From the NCBI GenBank assembly GCA_021788105.1, contig JAJYKZ010000003.1:1-55417 (forward strand): DNA of 55,417 nucleotides. The letters run 5' to 3'. The DNA comes from a bacterium (lineage in GTDB: Bacteria > Patescibacteriota > Minisyncoccia > Moranbacterales > UBA2206). The notes beneath the pieces are model-generated. The model made no database searches. It saw nothing but the letters and a program-made list of their open reading frames with translations, and had not been told where the DNA came from. A program made the position numbers and the translations under genes. Of this stretch, positions 8,881 through 16,682 are shown one piece after another (the stretch's first letter is position 1; each line of letters begins with the position of its first letter).

Positions 8881-9816
8881 ATGTTGAAAAAAATAATTTT
8901 CCTTGTAATTTTAATAATTATTCTGGCGTATTTTGGAATACGCTTTTTTAAAAAACCAAGGACTCTCGTTTTTTCCGGACTAAAATCAATTGTTTTGACG
9001 GACAATGGCCTGGAATTCGAAGCCGCCACTTCCGCCAAAACAGTTGGAGATTTTCTGAAAGAAAATAAGATTGATTTAAAAAATCACGACGAGCTCTTGC
9101 CTGGCAAAAATTCTGTTTTGTTTCCGGGCGTTCACATTTTTATCCGCAAGGCATTAAACCTAACCATTGAAGCGGACGGCAAAACCGTCCATGGCTACGC
9201 CCTGGGAAAGACTGTCGGCGAAGCGCTAAGCGAAAACAACATAAGCCTGAGCCATCTCGACAAAGTCTCTCCAACCGTCGATTCTTTGCCGCAAGAAAAC
9301 ATGGACATTAAAATCACCCGCATTAATATTGAAGAAAAGACCATAACCGAAGACATAGATTTTCCGATCCAATATAAGAATGATCCGGCATTAGGCTGGC
9401 AACAACAAAAAATCGACCAGCCCGGCGTCAAAGGAAAAGAAGACACGGTCTATCGCATCACCTACAAGAACGGCGCGGAAATTTCCCGCGCGGCGCTTTC
9501 CAAGACTGTGACGCAACAGCCGACGACGGAAATCGTGACACAAGGAACCTATATGCAACTGGGAAAAGACGAGAGAGGACAAGGGACTTGGTATTCTTAC
9601 ATGGGCGGCATGTTTGCGGCCAGCACGACAATTCCGAAAGGTTCTTATGTTAAAGTTACGGACATGGACAACGGTCGGTCGATCGTGGTACAAATTAATG
9701 ATTACGGTCCGCAGGGAAAAAACAGAATTATCGATTTAGACAAATTCGCTTTCCCTAGAATCGCCCCGCTTGGCGCGGGAGTAATTAATGTAAAAGTAGA
9801 GCCGATACTAAATTAA
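8881..9816 (+). CDS. Membrane-anchored DUF348/G5 protein with C-terminal RlpA-like (DPBB) domain; probable cell-wall remodelling
   Basis: N-terminal TM; ubiquitin-like repeats TVGDFL/TVGEAL; G5 (QPGVKG...EIVTQGT); INDYGP..RIIDL; start moved to ATG 8881. Confidence 0.85.
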   Translation: MLKKIIFLVILIIILAYFGIRFFKKPRTLVFSGLKSIVLTDNGLEFEAATSAKTVGDFLKENKIDLKNHDELLPGKNSVLFPGVHIFIRKALNLTIEADGKTVHGYALGKTVGEALSENNISLSHLDKVSPTVDSLPQENMDIKITRINIEEKTITEDIDFPIQYKNDPALGWQQQKIDQPGVKGKEDTVYRITYKNGAEISRAALSKTVTQQPTTEIVTQGTYMQLGKDERGQGTWYSYMGGMFAASTTIPKGSYVKVTDMDNGRSIVVQINDYGPQGKNRIIDLDKFAFPRIAPLGAGVINVKVEPILN

Positions 9817-9821
9817 AATTT

Positions 9822-10670
9822 ATGCCAACCAAGCTCGGACAAAATTTTCTGAAAGATACATCAATCGTCGATAAAATTATTTCAGCCGCCAATTTGCAAC
9901 CGGACGATTTTGTCATTGAGATCGGTCCGGGAGAAGGCGTTCTGACCGAGGAATTAATTAAGCGCGCCGGCAAAGTCATCGCCATTGAACTTGATAAAAA
10001 TTTAATATCTTCTCTTGAAAATAAATTTAAAGATAGAAAAAATCTTGAAATTATCAATGCCGATATTTTAAAAATAAACCTGCTAAATCTTATTTCTGAA
10101 AAAAAATACAACGTAATTGCCAATATCCCGTACTACATCACTTCGCCCATCATCCGTTTGTTTTTGGAGCAAGGAAATCCGCCATCGGAAATGATTCTGA
10201 TGATCCAGAAAGAAGTGGCGGAAAGGATTGTGGCTAAGCCCGGAAAAATGAGTATTTTAGCGGTGGCGGTGCAATATTATGCCGATCCGAAAATTCTTTT
10301 CAATGTCCCCAGAACCGCTTTTGAACCCGCGCCGGAAGTGGACAGCGCCGTCATAAAGATTGTTCCTTATTTCTCCTCTCCCTATTTAGGGAGAGGATGT
10401 CGCGAAGCGACAGGAGAGGGTGAGGAACAGCTTCCCTCTCCTCTAAATCCTCTCCCAAAGGGAGAGGAGGAAAGTAGGAAGAAGTTTTTTCGTATTGTCC
10501 GCGCCGGCTTCTCCGGAAAAAGAAAAACTCTTCTTAATAATTTTTCCACAAGCTTTCATTTGGACAAAAAAGAAACCGAGGAAAAATTAAAAGCCGCCGG
10601 AATTAATCCGACGGCCAGAGCCCAGGAACTCTCAATAGAGGATTGGAAAAGGTTGGTAAAAATATTTTAG
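9822..10670 (+). CDS. rsmA: 16S rRNA adenine dimethyltransferase with an ~30 aa repeat-derived insertion
   Basis: LGQNFL, VIEIGPGEG, ANIPYYITSP, QKEVAERI, VDSAVI, KRKTL, RAQELS. Confidence 0.97.
   Translation: MPTKLGQNFLKDTSIVDKIISAANLQPDDFVIEIGPGEGVLTEELIKRAGKVIAIELDKNLISSLENKFKDRKNLEIINADILKINLLNLISEKKYNVIANIPYYITSPIIRLFLEQGNPPSEMILMIQKEVAERIVAKPGKMSILAVAVQYYADPKILFNVPRTAFEPAPEVDSAVIKIVPYFSSPYLGRGCREATGEGEEQLPSPLNPLPKGEEESRKKFFRIVRAGFSGKRKTLLNNFSTSFHLDKKETEEKLKAAGINPTARAQELSIEDWKRLVKIF
10374..10480 (+). repeat. Multi-hairpin REP-like element inserted in frame in rsmA
   Basis: Perfect hairpins tcctctccct-attt-agggagagga and tcctctccc-aaa-gggagagga; sister copy at 54429-54538. Confidence 0.8.
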
Positions 10671-12311
10671 TTACAAAAATAAAATTTTTACCAGGATTGT
10701 TCCATAAACAGAAACCACTCCCAAAACCCACCAAAACAAACGGCGCGGGTTTATTTTTTGATTGACGATAATCAAAAACGCCGCGGCTCCCGCCAAAAGC
10801 GCCCAGAAAAACAAACCCGGATCGTTCAAAAAGAAAACACTGGAAACAAAAGAGCCAAACACTCCGATGGCCACAATCAACCTGCCCTTCTCCTCGCCAA
10901 AGACAACCGGGATTGTCCAAACGCCATCTTTTTTGTCGCCTTCGATGTCTTTAAAATCTTTGACCGGCAAAGAAAGTGTGAACGCCAACAAAAGCATCAG
11001 AATTATATTGGGAGACAATTTTTGAATATTATCATCCCCGGAAAAAAGAATAAACCCGAGAAACAGAATCACAATTGAAGCCACCGCGCTGAAAAATGTC
11101 GCCACCAAAGGAAATCTTTTCAGCCGGTATGGGCGGGAAGAATAAACCCAGGCTAAAAATTGGTAAATGGCCAGCAAGGCGGCGAACTTCAATCCGATAA
11201 TCAACCCGCCCAAAAGAGAGAGTGTAAAAATAATAATTCCAAACTGCTTGTATTCTTCAATGCTAAAAATTCCTTGCGGCAACGGACGGTCCGGATTAGA
11301 GACGCTGTCGATTTTGTAATCATTGATGTCATTCACCACCACAGAAGCCATCCAAGCCAGCCAAATGCTTATCAGCAAAATCAAAACGGCCGAAACGGAG
11401 AATACATTTATATTTAAATTGTCGCGGTAAGCCAAAAATCCCAACCCCAACCCGATGAAAAACAAGCCGAAATGATAAATTATTTGTGGAAACCTGGAAT
11501 TTTTCACAACCGCCAAAAATTTCTTTTTGTCCGCCATAAAAAACAATGCGGCAATTAAAACAAAAGATAAAATATAAAAAATCAAATTGAGATTATAGGC
11601 CATCAGATAGCCCAGATCGGAAAATTTGAGCCCGAATATCTGCGTCGAACCGACATAAAACTGCATAATATTGATCGCGTAAGCCTGGCTTGTGCTTCCA
11701 ACTTTTCCAAAAAATGAACAGGCATAATAAAAAAGACTTGGGAAAGCCCCCATAAAAAAGAAAATCCCATAAATGACAATTGCGCTTAGGAAAGTTTTTA
11801 AAATATTTTTAGTTTTGAAATAAATAAGGCCGGAAATAAGAATTGTCGCCGCGATAAAAACAATCTTAGAACCGAAATAATAAATGCCGGAAGGCAAATT
11901 TCCAAAAATTGTGATAAATTCCCGCCACAACTGGGACGGACTGCCGATAAGATAAAAACTCCAATAAATGCCTCCGCCGGTTCGGATAATGTCGATAATT
12001 GGAGGAAGGATTATTATCCAGGACGCCCAAAACATTAGCCCGATCAGTTTTTGCGGTTTTCTTTTTAAAATCAAACTGAGAAAAATCCAAATCAGAGCGA
12101 AAATGAGAAAGAAAAAGAAGAGGTTGTGAATATTGTATATGATGACCTTCTCTTCAGTATAGTATTGTGCGCGAACAAGGAAGCTTTCAATAAAAGTACG
12201 CAGCGCCATTATTCCAAAAAAGCCTGCAAACCATGCAAGCGGACTTATTTCCAGTTCAAAAAACCGTTCTATTGCCCCGCCTATGCTTTTTTTTATTTTT
12301 CCTATTTGCAT
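10671..12311 (-). CDS. UbiA-family prenyltransferase with a long N-terminal multi-TM extension
   Basis: NDINDYKIDSVSNPDRPLPQG, YSSRPYRLKR, KDFKDIEGD motifs in the C-terminal half. Confidence 0.85.
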   Translation of the reverse strand: MQIGKIKKSIGGAIERFFELEISPLAWFAGFFGIMALRTFIESFLVRAQYYTEEKVIIYNIHNLFFFFLIFALIWIFLSLILKRKPQKLIGLMFWASWIIILPPIIDIIRTGGGIYWSFYLIGSPSQLWREFITIFGNLPSGIYYFGSKIVFIAATILISGLIYFKTKNILKTFLSAIVIYGIFFFMGAFPSLFYYACSFFGKVGSTSQAYAINIMQFYVGSTQIFGLKFSDLGYLMAYNLNLIFYILSFVLIAALFFMADKKKFLAVVKNSRFPQIIYHFGLFFIGLGLGFLAYRDNLNINVFSVSAVLILLISIWLAWMASVVVNDINDYKIDSVSNPDRPLPQGIFSIEEYKQFGIIIFTLSLLGGLIIGLKFAALLAIYQFLAWVYSSRPYRLKRFPLVATFFSAVASIVILFLGFILFSGDDNIQKLSPNIILMLLLAFTLSLPVKDFKDIEGDKKDGVWTIPVVFGEEKGRLIVAIGVFGSFVSSVFFLNDPGLFFWALLAGAAAFLIIVNQKINPRRLFWWVLGVVSVYGTILVKILFL

Positions 12312-12348
12312 AATTTAACTTTATCAAGACCGGCGCATTTCCGCAACC

Positions 12349-12364
12349 TGCTTGCCGGCAAGCA
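12349..12364. repeat. Perfect 16 bp palindrome in a divergent intergenic region
   Basis: tgcttgccggcaagca. Confidence 0.6.
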
Positions 12365-12402
12365 AGCTTCGCAAAAAATAATTATTATGGTATAATTTTA
12401 GC

Positions 12403-13386
12403 ATGAAAATAAAAAACGTAAAAACATCCTTGCTCATACTTTCCGGCTTGATTATTTTAAGTTTCGGTTTTTTTGTTTACGCCCAGGATAATTCCGTCGG
12501 GACTAATATTTTTGACAGTACTGGACAAGACGGAGCCGCAACAAGCTCAAACAATCTTTCATCACTGCTAAACTCTTCTGATTTATCCGCAACTCCTTCC
12601 GATGCTTCGAATGGAACAACCGATTCCAATAACCTAACTCAGCAAGCAGCCCAGCAGATTGTCGGCTTGATTAATGGCTCTGAAAATTCTTCCGATTCCA
12701 GCAATTCCGGAATAACAATGGATCAGATCCAAGCCCTAGTGGACAGTTCAACAGTTAATTCACAAACCATCAACCTGCCTCAAATTTCCAAAAGCGATAT
12801 CAAAATTAAAAAGCAAGATTATGCCGGAACTGCCGCTGAAATACAGAAAAAAAAGCAAGACGATTTTGACAACTATATTGTCGCTATGTCCTATATTATA
12901 GCCAGCAATTCTCCGACACCGATCACTTCAAACGTTTCGTTGACCGATTTAGCCACGACTATTTTCAATAAAGTTACTTTGGCACTGACTACTCGCAGCG
13001 AAACGCCCCTGGAAGATTTGAGTGTGAGCGCGCAAAAATCACTCGATCAAATGAAAGATATTGAAGTGCCTGAAGATTTGGTTGATGTTCACATCAAAGG
13101 AATGGAACTTATGGAATATGCCATCCAAATTAAAAATTACCTGAATCCGACATCTTCCGATCCGCTTGCCGACATTACCAACCTGTCCAAATTGGAAGGA
13201 TTGGTTTCTGCGGCTTCCGATTTTTATTCCCAAGCGGAAACCAAATTTTCCCAATATAACATGGATGAAGGTGCCATACAAAGCAAATTAAACAGTTTGG
13301 GAATTTCCATCCCAGTCGTCCCAGATTCATCCGCCGCCGACAACACAAATACAAATTCTACAAGTTCAAATGCTCAAGCTCAATAA
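12403..13386 (+). CDS. Secreted or membrane-anchored hypothetical protein
   Basis: N-terminal hydrophobic signal ending VYAQ; S/N-rich linker; helical C-terminal region. Confidence 0.8.
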   Translation: MKIKNVKTSLLILSGLIILSFGFFVYAQDNSVGTNIFDSTGQDGAATSSNNLSSLLNSSDLSATPSDASNGTTDSNNLTQQAAQQIVGLINGSENSSDSSNSGITMDQIQALVDSSTVNSQTINLPQISKSDIKIKKQDYAGTAAEIQKKKQDDFDNYIVAMSYIIASNSPTPITSNVSLTDLATTIFNKVTLALTTRSETPLEDLSVSAQKSLDQMKDIEVPEDLVDVHIKGMELMEYAIQIKNYLNPTSSDPLADITNLSKLEGLVSAASDFYSQAETKFSQYNMDEGAIQSKLNSLGISIPVVPDSSAADNTNTNSTSSNAQAQ

Positions 13387-14404
13387 AAAAATTTCAACAA
13401 TCTTGGCGATATTTTTGATTATTGCCACTTTTTCATTTTTTCACATTCCGAAATCCGAGGCAGCTTGGATACCGGGAATCGATCCGATCATTAGCGAGAC
13501 ACTAAAGGACATTCATGACCAAATAAACGGAGTGATTATGGGTGCCGCTAAGCAAGCCGCCCTGTCTGCTCTAAATATGCAGATAAGCATTCTCATTGGA
13601 GGCGGGAAGGGTGGTGGATCATTAATAATAAGCGACTATAACGACTATTTGTTCAAACAGCCTGAAGCTAAGGCCAATGCTTTTTTAAACGATTACCTCA
13701 GTCAAACTACTGCCGGCCGAGGTTCGGCATCTTACATACCCAACAATGAGGGTTTTGGAAATAATGCTGTTGCTGAAGATATGATGCAAAACAATCCCTC
13801 TTACGCCAGCCTGGTCAACACCGCACAAGCCGCCGGCATCAATCTGAATATAAACAGCATGGCTGGAAATTATATGCAAAAGCTTGTCAACTCTGCAAAG
13901 GCCAGCATCCTGCCCCCGTCTTCCGCTCCTCAGGTGACTTACACCGGCGATCCATCCCAAATGTTTGCTTCGGGAAATTTTCGAAATATGAGCCTCTACC
14001 TTTCCGGAGTCAATAATCCTTGGGCTTTTAATTTAAACGCTCAGCAAGCCTATCAAAATAATTTGCAGCAACAACAAACAATCGCCGACACGCAGGCGAA
14101 AATCGGCCAGGGATATGCCAGCAAAACCGCTTCAAACGGACAAGTGATCACTCCCGGATCAACCATTAAAGACTTGGAATCGGGTATTAACGATCTTCCA
14201 AATAAACTTATCGCTCAAGCAAATAGTTTGCCGGAAATCTTAACGGCTTTTGTTGGAAAGATGGTCGCTCAAACCATAACCCAGGGCATCGGAAATATTT
14301 CCGCCCAAATAGGGAAAAATGTCATCAATGTCAAAGCTCAAGCAACACAGCAACTAAATTCAGAAGTTCAACAAATGGGTCCGGCGGCATTGTTCAAACA
14401 TTGA
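13370..14404 (+). CDS. Secreted hypothetical protein, probably part of the T4SS-like locus
   Basis: Signal peptide ending SEAA; Q/N-rich helical body; overlaps the upstream stop. Confidence 0.8.
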   Translation: MLKLNKKISTILAIFLIIATFSFFHIPKSEAAWIPGIDPIISETLKDIHDQINGVIMGAAKQAALSALNMQISILIGGGKGGGSLIISDYNDYLFKQPEAKANAFLNDYLSQTTAGRGSASYIPNNEGFGNNAVAEDMMQNNPSYASLVNTAQAAGINLNINSMAGNYMQKLVNSAKASILPPSSAPQVTYTGDPSQMFASGNFRNMSLYLSGVNNPWAFNLNAQQAYQNNLQQQQTIADTQAKIGQGYASKTASNGQVITPGSTIKDLESGINDLPNKLIAQANSLPEILTAFVGKMVAQTITQGIGNISAQIGKNVINVKAQATQQLNSEVQQMGPAALFKH

Positions 14405-14458
14405 TTTTAAAAACATCTTTTGCTTGTTTTCCAGGTTCAATTGTAGTAATATCAGATT

Positions 14459-14776
14459 ATGGGCGAAGAAATGAAGAAAAAACTCAAAGAAATAACCGAC
14501 AAGATCGTGCGGGAGCATAAACCGGAAAAGATTATTCTTTTTGGCTCTTATGCATGGGGAAAACCAACAGAAGACAGCGATGTTGATTTGTTTATCGTGA
14601 AAGAAACAGACAATGTACAGAATACGGAAATACAAATAGACAGCTCGATTTTTCCTCGCCCGTTTCCGATCGATATTATTGTTTATCGCCCCAAACAATT
14701 TAAAGAGCGGTTGGAGCGGGGAGATTTTTTTATAAAAGATATTTTTTCCAACGGCAAAGTCATCTATGAATCCTGA
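14459..14776 (+). CDS. Minimal nucleotidyltransferase (MNT), pair 1
   Basis: ILFGSYAWGKPTEDSDVDL (GS...SDxD). Confidence 0.92.
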   Translation: MGEEMKKKLKEITDKIVREHKPEKIILFGSYAWGKPTEDSDVDLFIVKETDNVQNTEIQIDSSIFPRPFPIDIIVYRPKQFKERLERGDFFIKDIFSNGKVIYES

Positions 14777-15155
14777 TTCAAAAAATTATATTGATTGGTT
14801 CAAAAAAGCAGACGAGGATGAACTGAATGCATTATCCATCCTCAAACATCGCGACGGAACGCCCAGCGGCGTATGTTTTTTTTCGCAACAAATAGCTGAA
14901 AAATATCTTAAAGGCCTGCTTGTCTATCGCGATAAACCATTTAGAAAAGTGCATGACCTCATAGACCTGGAAACTCTGCTGAAAGATTTTTATGCCGACA
15001 TTACAAATTTTCATAATGACTTTGCTCTTTTAAATCGTTTTTACATAAAGACTCGCTACCCGGGTGATTTTCCGGAATTTTCCTGGCAAGACGCGGAAAA
15101 TGCGTACGAAGCAGCAAAAGGAATCAAGCAGTTTGTTTTGTCGAAAATAAAATAA
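14766..15155 (+). CDS. HEPN domain protein, pair 1
   Basis: WFKKADED, QQIAEKYLKG, KVHDL, TRYPG; 11 nt overlap with MNT. Confidence 0.92.
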   Translation: MNPDSKNYIDWFKKADEDELNALSILKHRDGTPSGVCFFSQQIAEKYLKGLLVYRDKPFRKVHDLIDLETLLKDFYADITNFHNDFALLNRFYIKTRYPGDFPEFSWQDAENAYEAAKGIKQFVLSKIK

Positions 15156-15181
15156 GAAATATTCCTTTATTTTAGCCAAAA
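15138..15181 (+). repeat. Direct repeat copy 1 (end of HEPN plus downstream)
   Basis: 35 nt identical to 15971-16005, 43 of 44 nt over the extended match. Confidence 0.9.
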
Positions 15182-15288
15182 AACCGCCCAGGACTTGACA
15201 CGAAGGCGCTTTTTTACATTTAGCTAAATAATACGGCATTCCGGGATGTTAATTTGATGGTTGAGTAAAATTGTAGTATATTAAAGCC

Positions 15289-15606
15289 ATGGGAAAATAC
15301 GAAGCTAAAATTCCAGAGATAAGGGAAAAAATAATCAGAGAGATCGATCCGGAAAAAATTATTCTTTTCGGTTCTTATGCGTGGGGAAAACCGACTGAAG
15401 ACAGCGACGTTGATTTGTTTATAATCAAAAATTCCAATGAGCCGCGCAGAGTTAGGCAGGTTTCACTCCGAAAAAAGCTTTTTGGAAGCGGCGTACCGAT
15501 GGATTTGCTTGTGTACACTCAAGAAGAATTAAACCGCCGGCTGGAATTAGAAGACTTCTTTTTTGAAAAAATAATTAACAATGGAAAAGTCATATATGCC
15601 AAATAA
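15289..15606 (+). CDS. Minimal nucleotidyltransferase (MNT), pair 2
   Basis: ILFGSYAWGKPTEDSDVDL. Confidence 0.92.
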   Translation: MGKYEAKIPEIREKIIREIDPEKIILFGSYAWGKPTEDSDVDLFIIKNSNEPRRVRQVSLRKKLFGSGVPMDLLVYTQEELNRRLELEDFFFEKIINNGKVIYAK

Positions 15607-15988
15607 AGGGCTTATAAAATTCAAAGAGTGGCAGAAAAAGGCCGATGAAGATTTTCAATCCGGGCACATATTGATTGAACATGAAGGCGCCCCTGCCAAT
15701 ATTGCGTTTCTTGCTCAACAGGGAGCAGAAAAATATTTAAAAGGCTTCCTCGTGTTTCACGACAAAGATTTTGAAAAAACTCACCATCTTGATGAACTTA
15801 TTGCTGAGTGCAAAAAAATTGACAGCTCATTTAAAGATTTTATAGATGAAGCAGCCATTCTTAATGATTACTACATAGAAGCGCGATACCCTGTTGATAT
15901 AAAAGAGGATATTTCTCTTGAAGAAGCCAGGGAGGCCCTTGAAAAAGCGCTTGCGATACGCGATTTTGTGTTGTCGAAAATAAAATAA
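15596..15988 (+). CDS. HEPN domain protein, pair 2
   Basis: WQKKADED, QQGAEKYLKG, KTHHL, ARYP; ATG 15596 gives the same 11 nt overlap as pair 1. Confidence 0.92.
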   Translation: MPNKGLIKFKEWQKKADEDFQSGHILIEHEGAPANIAFLAQQGAEKYLKGFLVFHDKDFEKTHHLDELIAECKKIDSSFKDFIDEAAILNDYYIEARYPVDIKEDISLEEAREALEKALAIRDFVLSKIK

Positions 15989-16014
15989 GAAATATTCCTT
16001 TATTTAAGCCAAAA
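15971..16014 (+). repeat. Direct repeat copy 2
   Basis: ttgtcgaaaataaaataagaaatattcctttattt(a)agccaaaa. Confidence 0.9.
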
Positions 16015-16027
16015 TCCCGCTCAAACC

Positions 16028-16056
16028 TTGACAAACGAGCGATTTTTTGATATGCT
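16028..16056 (+). promoter_or_regulatory. sigma70 promoter for the lipoprotein gene
   Basis: TTGACA, 17 nt spacer, TGa-TATGCT. Confidence 0.7.
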
Positions 16057-16114
16057 GGCAAATCAAGTTTTTTAACAACTAAATTTGGCCAAAGAGCCAA
16101 GGAGGAGGACTCGA

Positions 16115-16546
16115 ATGAAAAAGTTTTTGATATTATTAGCTTTACTGTCTTCGATTGTGATGGTTATCGGATGCTCTTTCGACAAAGGCCCGTCAAATCA
16201 GCAAATAGCTAAAAGCCTGATGACCTACTTTTCAAACGGCGGCCTCCCGGTTTCCTGGGCTGGGAGCTGGCTCGGAGCCACAAAGGTCACGGTCAACCAG
16301 GCATGGGTAGTTGCCAGAGGAAAGTCTCTTAAGGCAATCAACGGCGGCCGCATGCCCGAGGAGTATGCGGGACAATATCAAAACTGCTGGCCAATTAAGT
16401 TAAAAGTGGAAGGTGTAGCGCAATCAAAGCTTTTTTTTAATCAAACGCAAGCGCATCCATTTCTTGGAGAAAAGACCTTCCTATTCTGCAAAGACAGTTT
16501 TGGAAAATGGAGCGCGCAAAGCGCTTCAGGATCGATTCTTAATTGA
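16115..16546 (+). CDS. Predicted lipoprotein
   Basis: ggaggagg RBS; MKKFLILLALLSSIVMVIGC lipobox-like signal. Confidence 0.8.
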   Translation: MKKFLILLALLSSIVMVIGCSFDKGPSNQQIAKSLMTYFSNGGLPVSWAGSWLGATKVTVNQAWVVARGKSLKAINGGRMPEEYAGQYQNCWPIKLKVEGVAQSKLFFNQTQAHPFLGEKTFLFCKDSFGKWSAQSASGSILN

Positions 16547-16561
16547 TTTGAAAGCAAAATC

Positions 16562-16596
16562 GGTCCCGCTTGGGAAAACAAGCGGGACCTTTTTAT
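16562..16596 (+). terminator. Intrinsic terminator
   Basis: ggtcccgcttg-ggaaaa-caagcgggacc, perfect 11 bp stem followed by Ts. Confidence 0.85.
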
Positions 16597-16682
16597 TTTG
16601 AAATATATTCAAAAGTTTTGCTGTTCTTAAAAATAACTTTTTGTGTTATAATTCAAGCAAGAAAAAATAATAAAAACAGAAA

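Noticed and set aside
15138-16014. CRISPR array
   Set aside because: Only two repeat copies 833 bp apart with genes between; no cas genes.
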